From Bacteroidales bacterium (GTDB lineage: Bacteria > Bacteroidota > Bacteroidia > Bacteroidales > PUMT01): a stretch of DNA of 64,000 bases. The notes beneath the pieces are model-generated. The model saw only the letters and a program-made list of their open reading frames with translations, had not been told where the DNA came from and ran no database searches. The translations under genes and the position numbers were made by a program. Positions 8,237-17,065 of the stretch are shown here, one piece after another. Location: positions 13,811-77,810 of the forward strand of contig SLPB01000071.1 of NCBI GenBank assembly GCA_007132225.1, read 5' to 3'. Every line of letters starts with the position of its first letter. The first letter of the stretch is position 1.

Positions 8237-10105
8237 TTACCTTCTTGGTATGAGATCGGCATACTGATCCGTGTTGCCGTTTTCAAGACATGTTTCAATT
8301 ATTTGTCTGCCGAGATCCGATAATTCAGGAACAAGATATTGTGAAAGCTGTTCTTTAAAAAAAGCGTTCAAAATCTCCGATCCTTTGTCATATCCGTCGA
8401 AACCCACTAATTCCTGCCTGTATACTTTAAGAAATCTTGAAGGTATTTTCGCCCCCTCTATGGTAAGGTAATTAAGCTCATAACCCAGCAGGGTGCATCG
8501 TGCAGGCTGGTATTGATCCGAACGGAATTTTGCATTGCCACGGCGGGTCAGATATTCACGCATCAGTAGTTGAGGCTTAAACCCGACTTTCCATACGCCA
8601 ATATGCTGATTGGGTGTAAGAACATATTGGGTAACTGAATTATCCACGATCTGTTCAAGGAGAAGATTTGCATGCCTCACCTTCTTGCCCGTGGCAAAAG
8701 GCCAGTATGACCCTACGCCCTCGCTGCCCATCTTGTCAGACTCGGTTATACTTGGATTTGCATGCCCTCTGGGAGACACCAGCCTCCAGAGCCAGGCCAG
8801 GGCAGGAGGAAGAATGTGGAACAAGCCAATTATGCCGTAACTTGGCTGTTCAGCTGAACAGGGGGGGGTCCGGACCCCAAAGCTTCTTACATCTACCGAA
8901 ACAGGCTTGCTCACAACTCCGGGGAAAAGATTCCTGGGCACTACTACACGGGGGTTTGGGCACGGCTTACCCGGCTCATCTTCAGTATGGTTCCAGATCA
9001 GGGCTGTCCCTCCGGGGTTGGAATTAATATTCAAAAACAATAAAGGCTCTGTGGCATTTATTGTGAGTTTTTCGATTTGTGGTTCACAACCATAACTGGT
9101 GATATTATCAGTGCGGATAAACCAGCCGTTTTCAGCATCCATTATACGCAATCTCATTCCTCCTGTCTCGAAAGATGGATGAACAATGCCCATATCATCG
9201 CAAACGGGGTTAATCTTGCAAAACTGGGGAATAGTGGTGCTCCGTTTCTCGCCGGACGTAATATGTTCACCAATCAAAACAGAGCCTTCAGGCTCCCTAA
9301 CTATCATCTGAAGCATTTCGCTTTTTCCGCCCCCACTCGCACCCTCATGCATAAAAGTGGTCACGTTATCGTAGGGACTGATGGACTGAACGGCTGAACA
9401 ATGGGGAGCAGACCAGCCTTCTTCTTCTCCAATTGAAAGGAGAACTCCGTAAATACCTTTTTTTGCACTGGGACCGGGATAAAGGTTATAGGAAAAGATC
9501 TCATATACCTCATCCGTCCTGTTATGAACAACTACCTGTTTCCCGTCAAAATGTGTATGTCTGAATGTGGGTGCAACATAAACAACAGACTTTATATCTA
9601 TCTTCTCGTTAATCTCATCAGTGTTTACTATCTTTTGCAACAGCGACAATCCCATGCAAAAAAACGCAGCATTAGCAGGGGCTATGGCTATTCCGTAGTA
9701 AGCAAATTCAGGGGGGCCTATCTGGAAAATGAAATAACCCAGCTCCTGTTCTTCCAGCCACTTGAGGGAATCAGCTCTCAGGAAGTCAAATTCCTTTTTG
9801 AACCTGTCTCTGTACCTTGGTTTATCACTGGGTTTATTATCGGCAACTATCAGTGTGTCAGGATCCCTCCTGCGCATATAGGTTTCGGTATAATTAACAG
9901 ATATCCCATTTGTAACCCGGTGAACAACAGCTTCGGTTACCTCCCCTTTTCCTTCAACATTGTACTTTACGTCAAAGGAATTGTTATTTTTTCCGCCAAG
10001 GGCAGCTTCAGCAAGTTCAAGGGTTGTATTAAAGCATTGACAAGCTTTGCAATTATTTAACAAGGCCCTTGTGTCCGCCGGAATATTGATTTTATCTAAA
10101 GGCAT
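8237..10105 (-). CDS. DUF4914-family protein, PEP-carboxykinase-like fold (see findings)
   Basis: 622 aa; NLYPGPSAKKGIYG, HCSA, P-loop GASGGGKS, CDD, ENGWFIR, NPRVVVP. Confidence 0.85.
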   Translation of the reverse strand: MPLDKINIPADTRALLNNCKACQCFNTTLELAEAALGGKNNNSFDVKYNVEGKGEVTEAVVHRVTNGISVNYTETYMRRRDPDTLIVADNKPSDKPRYRDRFKKEFDFLRADSLKWLEEQELGYFIFQIGPPEFAYYGIAIAPANAAFFCMGLSLLQKIVNTDEINEKIDIKSVVYVAPTFRHTHFDGKQVVVHNRTDEVYEIFSYNLYPGPSAKKGIYGVLLSIGEEEGWSAPHCSAVQSISPYDNVTTFMHEGASGGGKSEMLQMIVREPEGSVLIGEHITSGEKRSTTIPQFCKINPVCDDMGIVHPSFETGGMRLRIMDAENGWFIRTDNITSYGCEPQIEKLTINATEPLLFLNINSNPGGTALIWNHTEDEPGKPCPNPRVVVPRNLFPGVVSKPVSVDVRSFGVRTPPCSAEQPSYGIIGLFHILPPALAWLWRLVSPRGHANPSITESDKMGSEGVGSYWPFATGKKVRHANLLLEQIVDNSVTQYVLTPNQHIGVWKVGFKPQLLMREYLTRRGNAKFRSDQYQPARCTLLGYELNYLTIEGAKIPSRFLKVYRQELVGFDGYDKGSEILNAFFKEQLSQYLVPELSDLGRQIIETCLENGNTDQYADLIPRR

Positions 10106-10275
10106 TTCTTAAAAAGTTATTTTATTAGAAATATTGAAAATAGTCTAAAAACATTTAAGTGTTCTATGAGTGGCACTATCACCACAAAAAATTAAACCGG
10201 GTAAAATTATAAATAAAATGTGTCAAACTGAAAGAAGAGGATATAAAATCCGATAATTCTTTAAAACAAGACCAC

Positions 10276-12411
10276 CTATAATTTATCTGAGTCTTTCATG
10301 CTCAGCTGTATTCGCTTTCGGGCAACATCCACTTCAATTACCCTAACCCTGACGGTGCTGTTGAGGCTCACCACATCATTGGGATTGGTTACAAACCTGT
10401 CGGCCAGCTGAGAAATATGAACCAGTCCGTCCTGTTTAACTCCAATATCTACAAATGCCCCGAATCTTGTAATGTTGGTAACTATACCGGGCAATATCAT
10501 ACCCGGTTTAAGATCTTCAATTTTGAACACATCACTGGAAAACTCAAAAACTTCAATTTTGCTACGGGGATCACGGCCCGGCTTAGCCAATTCCTCCATA
10601 ATATCATTGAGTGTAGGCAGTCCGGTACTTTCTGTGGTATATTTTTTTATGTCGATCTTTGTTCTCAGGCCCTCATTTTTTATCAGGTCATCAACGGAAG
10701 AACTCATATCTGCAGCCATCTGCTCCACAATCTTATATGATTCGGGATGCACAGCAGAATTATCCAGTGGATTTGAAGCTCCCTGTATACGAAGAAAACC
10801 AGCTGATTGTTCAAACGCCTTGCCGCCAAGTCTGGAGACCTTTTTTAACTCGGCCCTGGATCGAAAAGGGCCGTTTTGCTTTCTGTAATCAACAATATTT
10901 TGTGCCAGCTGCGGACCCAGTCCGGAGACATAATTAAGCAGGTGCTTACTGGCAGTATTAAGATTAACTCCCACCAGGTTTACGCAGCTTTCAACAACCT
11001 GATCCAGGCCCTCCTTTAGTCTGCCCTGATCCACATCATGCTGGTACTGTCCTACTCCGATTGATTTAGGGTCTATCTTGACAAGCTCGGCAAGCGGGTC
11101 TGCCAGCCGCCTTCCTATTGATACTGCTCCTCTAACGGTAACATCATAATCAGGGAATTCCTCCCTTGCAGTTTTCGAAGCAGAATAAACAGATGCCCCG
11201 TTTTCATTTACCATAAAAACCTGAATATCACGATCGAATTTAACCTTTTTGACAAAATATTCAGTTTCCCTGCTGGCAGTACCATTGCCAATTGATATAG
11301 CTTCTATTTTATACTGACTAACCAGTGATGCAATTTTTTTCGCAGCCTTTCCATAATCATTCTGAGGAGGATGAGGAAAGATGGTCTCATTATGAAGCAG
11401 GTTCCCCTCGGCATCCAGGCAAACAACCTTGCAACCCGTTCTGTAACCAGGATCAATGGCCAGTATACGTTTTTGTCCGAGTGGCGGTGCCAGGAGCAAT
11501 TGCTTGAGGTTATCAGCAAAGACAGATATGGCCTCACCATCAGCTTTCTCCTTTGAAGCAGCCCTGAACTCGGTTTCCAAAGACGGCCCCAGAAGTCGTT
11601 TATAGCAGTCCGCAACAGCAATATCCATATGATGGGACGATTCACCAGTTCCTTTAACGAATAATCGTTTTAGAATATCGAGTGCTTTCTCTTCTGAAGG
11701 TTCTATTGAAACCCTGAGAATGCCTTCATCCTCCCCTCTCCTAATGGCAAGAAGCCTGTGGGAAGGGCAACGATTAAGCTTTTCCGAAAATTCAAAATAA
11801 TCCTTGTATTTTTCTCCCTCATCCTCTTTTTTCTTAACCAGTCGTGAAAAAATATAAGCTTCCCGGTCAAAAAGATTCCTAGTGCGGTCCCTGGCCAGCT
11901 TATCTTCACTGATCCATTCAGCAACAATATCCCTTGCTCCTTGCAGCGCAGCATCTACATCAGGAATTTCGTCATTAATATAATTGTGAGCAACAATTCC
12001 GGGATTTTCTTCCTTTTGCTGCATAATGATTTCAGCAAGAGGTTCCAGCCCTTTTTCCCTGGCAACCGATGCCCTGGTTCTTCTTTTTGGTCTGAAAGGA
12101 AGATAGATATCCTCCAGTTCTGAAATACTCTGGGATGAATCAAGTAGCTGCCTTAATTCTGGTGTGAGCTTATCCTGTTCTTCAACAGATCTTTTTATAG
12201 CTTCCCGTCTCTTGTCAAGTTCGTCAAGGCGGACAGCATGCTGTTTTATATCACCAATTTGAACTTCATCAAGGCTTCCGGTCAGCTCCTTACGATAACG
12301 GCTGATAAAAGGTATGGTTGCCCCTTCATTTAATAATTTGAGAGTATTCTCAACCTGGCGTAACTGCAGGTTAAGAAGTCCTGAAATGATATTACTGTGT
12401 TGCCGGTCCAT
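10276..12411 (-). CDS. tex: Tex-family transcription accessory protein (YqgF, HhH and S1 domains)
   Basis: GATIPFISRYRKE, LAIDPGYRTGCK, VNENGASVYSAS, KIDPKSIGVGQYQHDV, C-terminal S1 domain (FGAFVDIGVKQDGLVHIS). Confidence 0.96.
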   Translation of the reverse strand: MDRQHSNIISGLLNLQLRQVENTLKLLNEGATIPFISRYRKELTGSLDEVQIGDIKQHAVRLDELDKRREAIKRSVEEQDKLTPELRQLLDSSQSISELEDIYLPFRPKRRTRASVAREKGLEPLAEIIMQQKEENPGIVAHNYINDEIPDVDAALQGARDIVAEWISEDKLARDRTRNLFDREAYIFSRLVKKKEDEGEKYKDYFEFSEKLNRCPSHRLLAIRRGEDEGILRVSIEPSEEKALDILKRLFVKGTGESSHHMDIAVADCYKRLLGPSLETEFRAASKEKADGEAISVFADNLKQLLLAPPLGQKRILAIDPGYRTGCKVVCLDAEGNLLHNETIFPHPPQNDYGKAAKKIASLVSQYKIEAISIGNGTASRETEYFVKKVKFDRDIQVFMVNENGASVYSASKTAREEFPDYDVTVRGAVSIGRRLADPLAELVKIDPKSIGVGQYQHDVDQGRLKEGLDQVVESCVNLVGVNLNTASKHLLNYVSGLGPQLAQNIVDYRKQNGPFRSRAELKKVSRLGGKAFEQSAGFLRIQGASNPLDNSAVHPESYKIVEQMAADMSSSVDDLIKNEGLRTKIDIKKYTTESTGLPTLNDIMEELAKPGRDPRSKIEVFEFSSDVFKIEDLKPGMILPGIVTNITRFGAFVDIGVKQDGLVHISQLADRFVTNPNDVVSLNSTVRVRVIEVDVARKRIQLSMKDSDKL

Positions 12412-12436
12412 GAGAAAAATTTACGTTATCAGGATT

Positions 12437-12444
12437 CAAAGTTA
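12437..12444 (-). promoter_or_regulatory. Bacteroidota sigmaA -7 element for tex
   Basis: Minus-strand TAACTTTG matches TAnnTTTG, 25 nt upstream of the start codon. Confidence 0.6.
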
Positions 12445-12571
12445 AATCATTTTTTCCAGGAACCTTAACCACCTCATACCGGTATAACATACAACACAAG
12501 AAATCAAACAACCGGGAATGGATATTCCCGGTTATCAGAGGGAGAAATAAAAATAAAATTTATAAATATGC

Positions 12572-12865
12572 TTAATAGCGTCTTCTGCTATCCTGGTCCC
12601 GTCCACCCGTTTTCTTGCGATCTTCCATAGGGCGGGCTTCGTTAACCACGATATTTCTTTCACCAAATTCACTGTCATGTAAATTTTCAATGGCCGCTTT
12701 TGCTTCCCCGTCATCTTCCATTTCAACAAAGCCAAATCCTTTTGACCGGCCGCTCATTTTATCCTTAATTATTTGCGCAGATTTAACACTTCCAAAATCT
12801 GAAAAAAGCTGGTTCAATTCCTCTTCAGTTGTCCTGTAATTGAGGTTACCTACATAAATCTTCAT
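12572..12865 (-). CDS. RRM-domain RNA-binding protein
   Basis: RNP2 KIYVGNL, RNP1 KGFGFVEM, VVNEAR, basic/RGG-like tail. Confidence 0.95.
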   Translation of the reverse strand: MKIYVGNLNYRTTEEELNQLFSDFGSVKSAQIIKDKMSGRSKGFGFVEMEDDGEAKAAIENLHDSEFGERNIVVNEARPMEDRKKTGGRDQDSRRRY

Positions 12866-13041
12866 ACTTACAAAAATTTGTTTTTTAATAAAATAAAAAA
12901 AATACCATAATCTTCAAGCCGGATTCCAGGAAAAAATTTTTTCCTCCAAATCAAAGAAACTAACCCGGCGCGGATTTAATCTGTAAAAGATCAAAGTTCA
13001 GACTTATTATAATAAAATAAGACACTACCGGATAAGTAAAG

Positions 13042-13049
13042 CAAAAGTA
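13042..13049 (-). promoter_or_regulatory. Bacteroidota -7 element, probably for the RRM gene (long 5' leader)
   Basis: Minus-strand TACTTTTG, about 176 nt upstream of the start codon. Confidence 0.5.
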
Positions 13050-13119
13050 CTTCTTTATTTCCAATAATGATTTATTATTCAGTTTTTTTCGGTAATATTT
13101 CCAACAAAAGATCTTTTTT

Positions 13120-13222
13120 TTAAAATTCAGGGTAAGTGACGCGAAATAAGCAACGGGTCAGAGGATGAAATTCAAGAGCAAAGTCAGCATAGAGATGCGA
13201 AGTTTGCCGGCCTGAATTTTAA
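13120..13222. repeat. 103-bp intergenic element with perfect 12-bp terminal inverted repeats
   Basis: TTAAAATTCAGG (13120-13131) and CCTGAATTTTAA (13211-13222) flank a more GC-rich, purine-skewed core. Confidence 0.5.
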
Positions 13223-13301
13223 TTATCTGTTTTCAAAACTGAAAGATTTCATGTAAATTTGATTTAGTATTCTATGATTACCATTCGCTAATAAAAATAT
13301 T

Positions 13302-13682
13302 ATGATGCGCACCATTACAAAATTTATTCTCATCGCCCTCTCTGTTATGGGTATAGCCTGGTTGATAACAGGGGTTGAAGTGGTCTCATTCACCTCGGCC
13401 CTGTGGGTCACCCTGGTTCTGTCGATACTCAACCTTATTGTTAAGCCCCTCCTTATTATTCTTACAATACCTGTTACTATATTTACCTTCGGATTGTTTC
13501 TTTTTGTGATCAATGGGTTGATGATTTGGATAGCAAGTGGCTGGATACGCGGCTTTTTCGTTGAAACATTCTGGAAAGCCATAGTTTTCAGCATACTGCT
13601 TTCAATCGCCACATACCTTATTGAAAGATTGCTGGGTCCCCCACGGAGCAGAGATTATCACAGTGAGATCCGTCATTATTAG
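13302..13682 (+). CDS. YvlD-like 4-TM membrane protein (so-called phage holin family IV)
   Basis: LNLIVKPLLIILTIPVTIFTFGLFLFVING signature. Confidence 0.9.
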   Translation: MMRTITKFILIALSVMGIAWLITGVEVVSFTSALWVTLVLSILNLIVKPLLIILTIPVTIFTFGLFLFVINGLMIWIASGWIRGFFVETFWKAIVFSILLSIATYLIERLLGPPRSRDYHSEIRHY

Positions 13683-13775
13683 GGACTGTTGATTTCTCCC
13701 CTTTTAAAATACAGTGTTTAAGTTAGCAGGAAATCCGGCACGGCTCTTACATTTTGGGTGTTAAGCAAAAAACAT

Positions 13776-14741
13776 TCAGGATGTTTGTTTGCTTCTGTAT
13801 ATTTCCTTTAACCTGTTAAACAATTTTATTTCCTCACCTGTCAGTTCTTTTGGCAAAACAACCTTCAGTTTTACGTACATATCACCAAATGTATCCTGTT
13901 TGCCACGAACGGGCATCCCCTTTCCCCTGAGCCTTAGTCTGCTCCCGGGTTGTGTACCGCCGGGAATATTAAGGTTAACCCTTCCTGCAAGTGTGTCAAT
14001 TTTAATTTTCTCCCCCAGCAGCGCCGTATAGAGATCAACGGAAACCTCCCTGATAAGATTATGTCCGTCAAGCTCATATTCAGAATCAGGTTTTATCCGG
14101 ACTTTAACATAGATATCACCTCTTTCACCTCCCGTGGAAGCTTTCCCTCCTTTACCCCTTATCCTCAACTCCTTGCCTTCAAAGGTGCCTGGGTCTATTT
14201 TAACTTTTATCTTTTCCCCATCCAAATTAAATGTCCTGGAAGTGCCGTGGTAGGCTTCATGTATCGACAATTCAATTTCCGTGCTCAGATCCTGCCCTTT
14301 AACCTTCCTTTGTGTCTGGCGGCTATTGCCTGTATATCCGCCCGTGCCACCAAAAAAAGTTTTAAAAAAATCAGAAAAATCACCACCTCCAAAAAAGACA
14401 TCATCCATGTCTTCAAACCCCGTTTCAAACCTGTATGAACGTCCCCTGCCTCCGGCTCCTCCAAAACCTGACTGGTCAAATCCGCCGGTGTCGGCAGTGT
14501 GTTTGTCATAATCATACTTATCCCAGTCAGAACCAAGCTGATCGTATTTCTTTCTTTTCCCTGGATCCCTGAGCACTTCATAGGCCTCACTCACCTGCTT
14601 GAACTTATCTTCAGCATTTTTGTTATCAGGATTCTTATCCGGATGGTATTTGACAGCCATTTTACGATAAGCCTTTTTTATTTCATCCTGTGTGGCATTT
14701 CTTGAAACTCCCAGTATTTTATAATAATCCTTATATTGCAT
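13776..14741 (-). CDS. cbpA: DnaJ class II / CbpA-like chaperone
   Basis: J-domain with HPD (KYHPDKN), G/F-rich linker, no zinc finger, DnaJ C-terminal domain (LRLRGKGMP). Confidence 0.85.
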   Translation of the reverse strand: MQYKDYYKILGVSRNATQDEIKKAYRKMAVKYHPDKNPDNKNAEDKFKQVSEAYEVLRDPGKRKKYDQLGSDWDKYDYDKHTADTGGFDQSGFGGAGGRGRSYRFETGFEDMDDVFFGGGDFSDFFKTFFGGTGGYTGNSRQTQRKVKGQDLSTEIELSIHEAYHGTSRTFNLDGEKIKVKIDPGTFEGKELRIRGKGGKASTGGERGDIYVKVRIKPDSEYELDGHNLIREVSVDLYTALLGEKIKIDTLAGRVNLNIPGGTQPGSRLRLRGKGMPVRGKQDTFGDMYVKLKVVLPKELTGEEIKLFNRLKEIYRSKQTS

Positions 14742-15011
14742 CTCTTAATATTTTATTACCATTATCCAGACCATAAAATAGATTTAACCACAATTGATCT
14801 TAACAGGTATTCATCTTTGGGGGTTTACCTTTACCCTGTTAATTATTATAAACAAAATCAGGACCAATCCGCATAACTATACCAAAACAGTCAAAATGAC
14901 TTCAAAACTAACTGCATGAAAGACAAATTGACGCCCGGTTTTCATAAATTCACCATTTTTAACATCCACTTCACAATGTCTTTAAGTTAGATCATTTAAA
15001 ATATTAAAGGT

Positions 15012-15776
15012 ATGATCATAATTATATCGCCGGCAAAAAAACTGGATGTCAATAATGAATCCAAAACAGAAAAACACACCACACCTCAATTCCTGGATAA
15101 ATCGGGAGAACTTGCAGAGGACCTGCGCCGGTTTTCCCCTAAAGACCTGGCTGTCCTGATGAATGTAAGTAATGATATAGCCAGCCTGACTTTCGAACGA
15201 TATTCCAGGTGGAGGCCCCCTTTTAATAATGATAATGCAAAACAGGCCCTCCTTGCATTTAAAGGGGATGTCTACCGGAGCATGGATCCTGAAAGTTTTT
15301 CTTCAGAAGATATGGATTTTGCACAAAATCACCTCCGCATTATTTAAGGCTTGTACGGAATTCTCCGTCCGCTCGATTTAATACAACCCTACAGACTGGA
15401 AATGGGAATAAAGTTTAAAACTTCTGCGGGAAAAAACCTGTATGAATTCTGGTCAGACATCATTACAACAGCTCTCAACAAAGAGCTGAAAAAGCAAAAA
15501 TCCGGAACCATCATAAACCTCGCCAGCAAGGAATACTTTAAGGCTATCCTGTCCGCAAGGATCAAGGGGGAGATAGTGACACCAGTATTTAAGGAATACC
15601 GCAATGATAGTTATAAAGTAGTGGGTATTCTTGCCAAAAGGGCAAGGGGCATGATGTGCCGGTTCATTATTCAGAACAGGCCGGAGAAGGTACGGGATAT
15701 TAAATTGTTCAATGAAGGGGGGTACAGTTTCGATGACAACCGGAGCACAGAAACGGAATGGGTTTTCACCAGGTAG
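15012..15776 (+). pseudogene. yaaA: YaaA (peroxide-stress, DUF328) interrupted by one in-frame TAA at 15345-15347
   Basis: The 15012-15347 and 15351-15776 ORFs share one frame: IISPAKKL...AFKGDVY...[25 protein letters not shown]...NLASKEY...KRARG. Joined length 254 codons, normal for YaaA. Confidence 0.85.
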
Positions 15777-15782
15777 CAGGTC

Positions 15783-16961
15783 TTAATCAAGCTGTAATAC
15801 CAAACCCTTTAGATATTCTCCCTCGGGATGATATATGCTGACAGGATGATCGGGAGGCTGGGAAAGATGGTGAAGTATACGGATCTCACGTCCGGATTGA
15901 ATGGCAGCTGAATAAACAGCCTGCCTGAAACTTTCCCTGCTAACAACCTGTGAGCATGAAAATGTAAAAAGCAGTCCGCCGACCTCCACAAACTCCATAG
16001 CCTTGGCATTTAGGCGCTTGTAAGCCTGAAGCGCATTGTTTTTTGACCTGATGCTTTTGGCATATGCAGGGGGGTCAAGTATTATTATATCATGTTTTTG
16101 ATTACTTGCTCGGAAGTAATCAAAAACCTCACTGCAAAAGGATCTGTTTCGGCTATCCCCGGGAAAATTGAGAGCAATATTTTCACCGGCAAGCTCAATG
16201 GCCTTTTTTGAACTGTCAACTGTTTGCACCTGGCCGGCACCCCCGCTTAACGCGTATACAGAGAAACCCCCGGTATATCCGAACATATTCAACACCTTTT
16301 TACCTGATGCATAATGTTCTAAAAGTTTTCGGTTATCACGCTGATCTATGAAGAATCCCGTTTTTTGTCCCTCAACCCAGTTCACCATGAATTTTTTACC
16401 ATTTTCAAGAACAATAGTTTCGTCCTTATCACCTTCCAGGTGATCGGATACCCTTTTCACTCCGGATTTGGATTTAAGAGCGGGTGAACTTTTGTCATAA
16501 ATACTCACAGGATTATCGGGAAGAACATCTCTTATAACTCCTGCCAGCTGATCTATGATCCTGCACATTCCAACCGAATGCGCCTGGATAACCACAGAAC
16601 CATTATAAAAATCAACAATCAGACCGGGAAATCCATCACCTTCCGCATTAATAATTCGAAAAACATTCGTGTTTCCTTTCCCGTGCAGGCCTGCCATAGT
16701 CCTAAAATACAGAGCCTTTTCAAACTTTCTTTTCCAGAAACCGTCCACTGGTTCCGTATAGCTAAAATGGATCATTCTTACAGCTATAGTACCGGTTTGA
16801 TAATGCCCAATACCAAGGCAGCTGTTATTGCGGGAATAAACTGCCACACATTCACCCTCTTCGGGAGTTTCTGTCATACTGCCAATTGCGCCGGAGAATA
16901 TCCATGGGTGCCCGCGCTTCAGGGACTGCTCCTTGCCGGGACTTAAAATTATCTTTTTCAA
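15783..16961 (-). CDS. rlmI: RlmI-like class I SAM rRNA methyltransferase
   Basis: PUA N-terminus GHPWIFSG, AEGDGFPGLIVD, GQKTGFFIDQR, IILDPPAY, FSCS, EGEYLKG. Confidence 0.88.
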   Translation of the reverse strand: MKKIILSPGKEQSLKRGHPWIFSGAIGSMTETPEEGECVAVYSRNNSCLGIGHYQTGTIAVRMIHFSYTEPVDGFWKRKFEKALYFRTMAGLHGKGNTNVFRIINAEGDGFPGLIVDFYNGSVVIQAHSVGMCRIIDQLAGVIRDVLPDNPVSIYDKSSPALKSKSGVKRVSDHLEGDKDETIVLENGKKFMVNWVEGQKTGFFIDQRDNRKLLEHYASGKKVLNMFGYTGGFSVYALSGGAGQVQTVDSSKKAIELAGENIALNFPGDSRNRSFCSEVFDYFRASNQKHDIIILDPPAYAKSIRSKNNALQAYKRLNAKAMEFVEVGGLLFTFSCSQVVSRESFRQAVYSAAIQSGREIRILHHLSQPPDHPVSIYHPEGEYLKGLVLQLD

Positions 16962-17065
16962 AATTTATCAGTTAAATTACTTGTAATCATAAAACGTTAC
17001 TAACGGCCACCGGTTTTTAGCTAACCTTATAATCCGGCACCTATTCAATAAGAAAAGTTGCAAAA

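Noticed and set aside
9524-10060. Opposite-strand or alternate-frame ORFs in the track (e.g. 9524-10060, 13223-13612, 36053-36646, 57723-58367, 61387-61887)
   Set aside because: They lie inside well-supported genes, show antisense-type composition and have no recognisable motifs; treated as shadow ORFs.
13120-13222. 6S RNA or SRP RNA identity for the structured element
   Set aside because: It lacks the SRP helix-8 GGAA motif and the zapA/rny context I would expect for Bacteroidota 6S RNA. Kept only as an unassigned element.
13302-13682. Holin-family gene as a sign of a prophage
   Set aside because: YvlD-type proteins are common chromosomal genes, and there is no integrase, terminase, capsid or endolysin nearby.
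13736-13751. CGGCACGGCTCTTAC, sigma54-like
   Set aside because: It points into a convergent gene end with no downstream plus-strand ORF, and the -12 match is poor.
15345-15347. TAA reassignment (alternative genetic code)
   Set aside because: TAA terminates many neighbouring intact genes (e.g. guaB-cluster and rnf genes), and no other gene showed an internal TAA.
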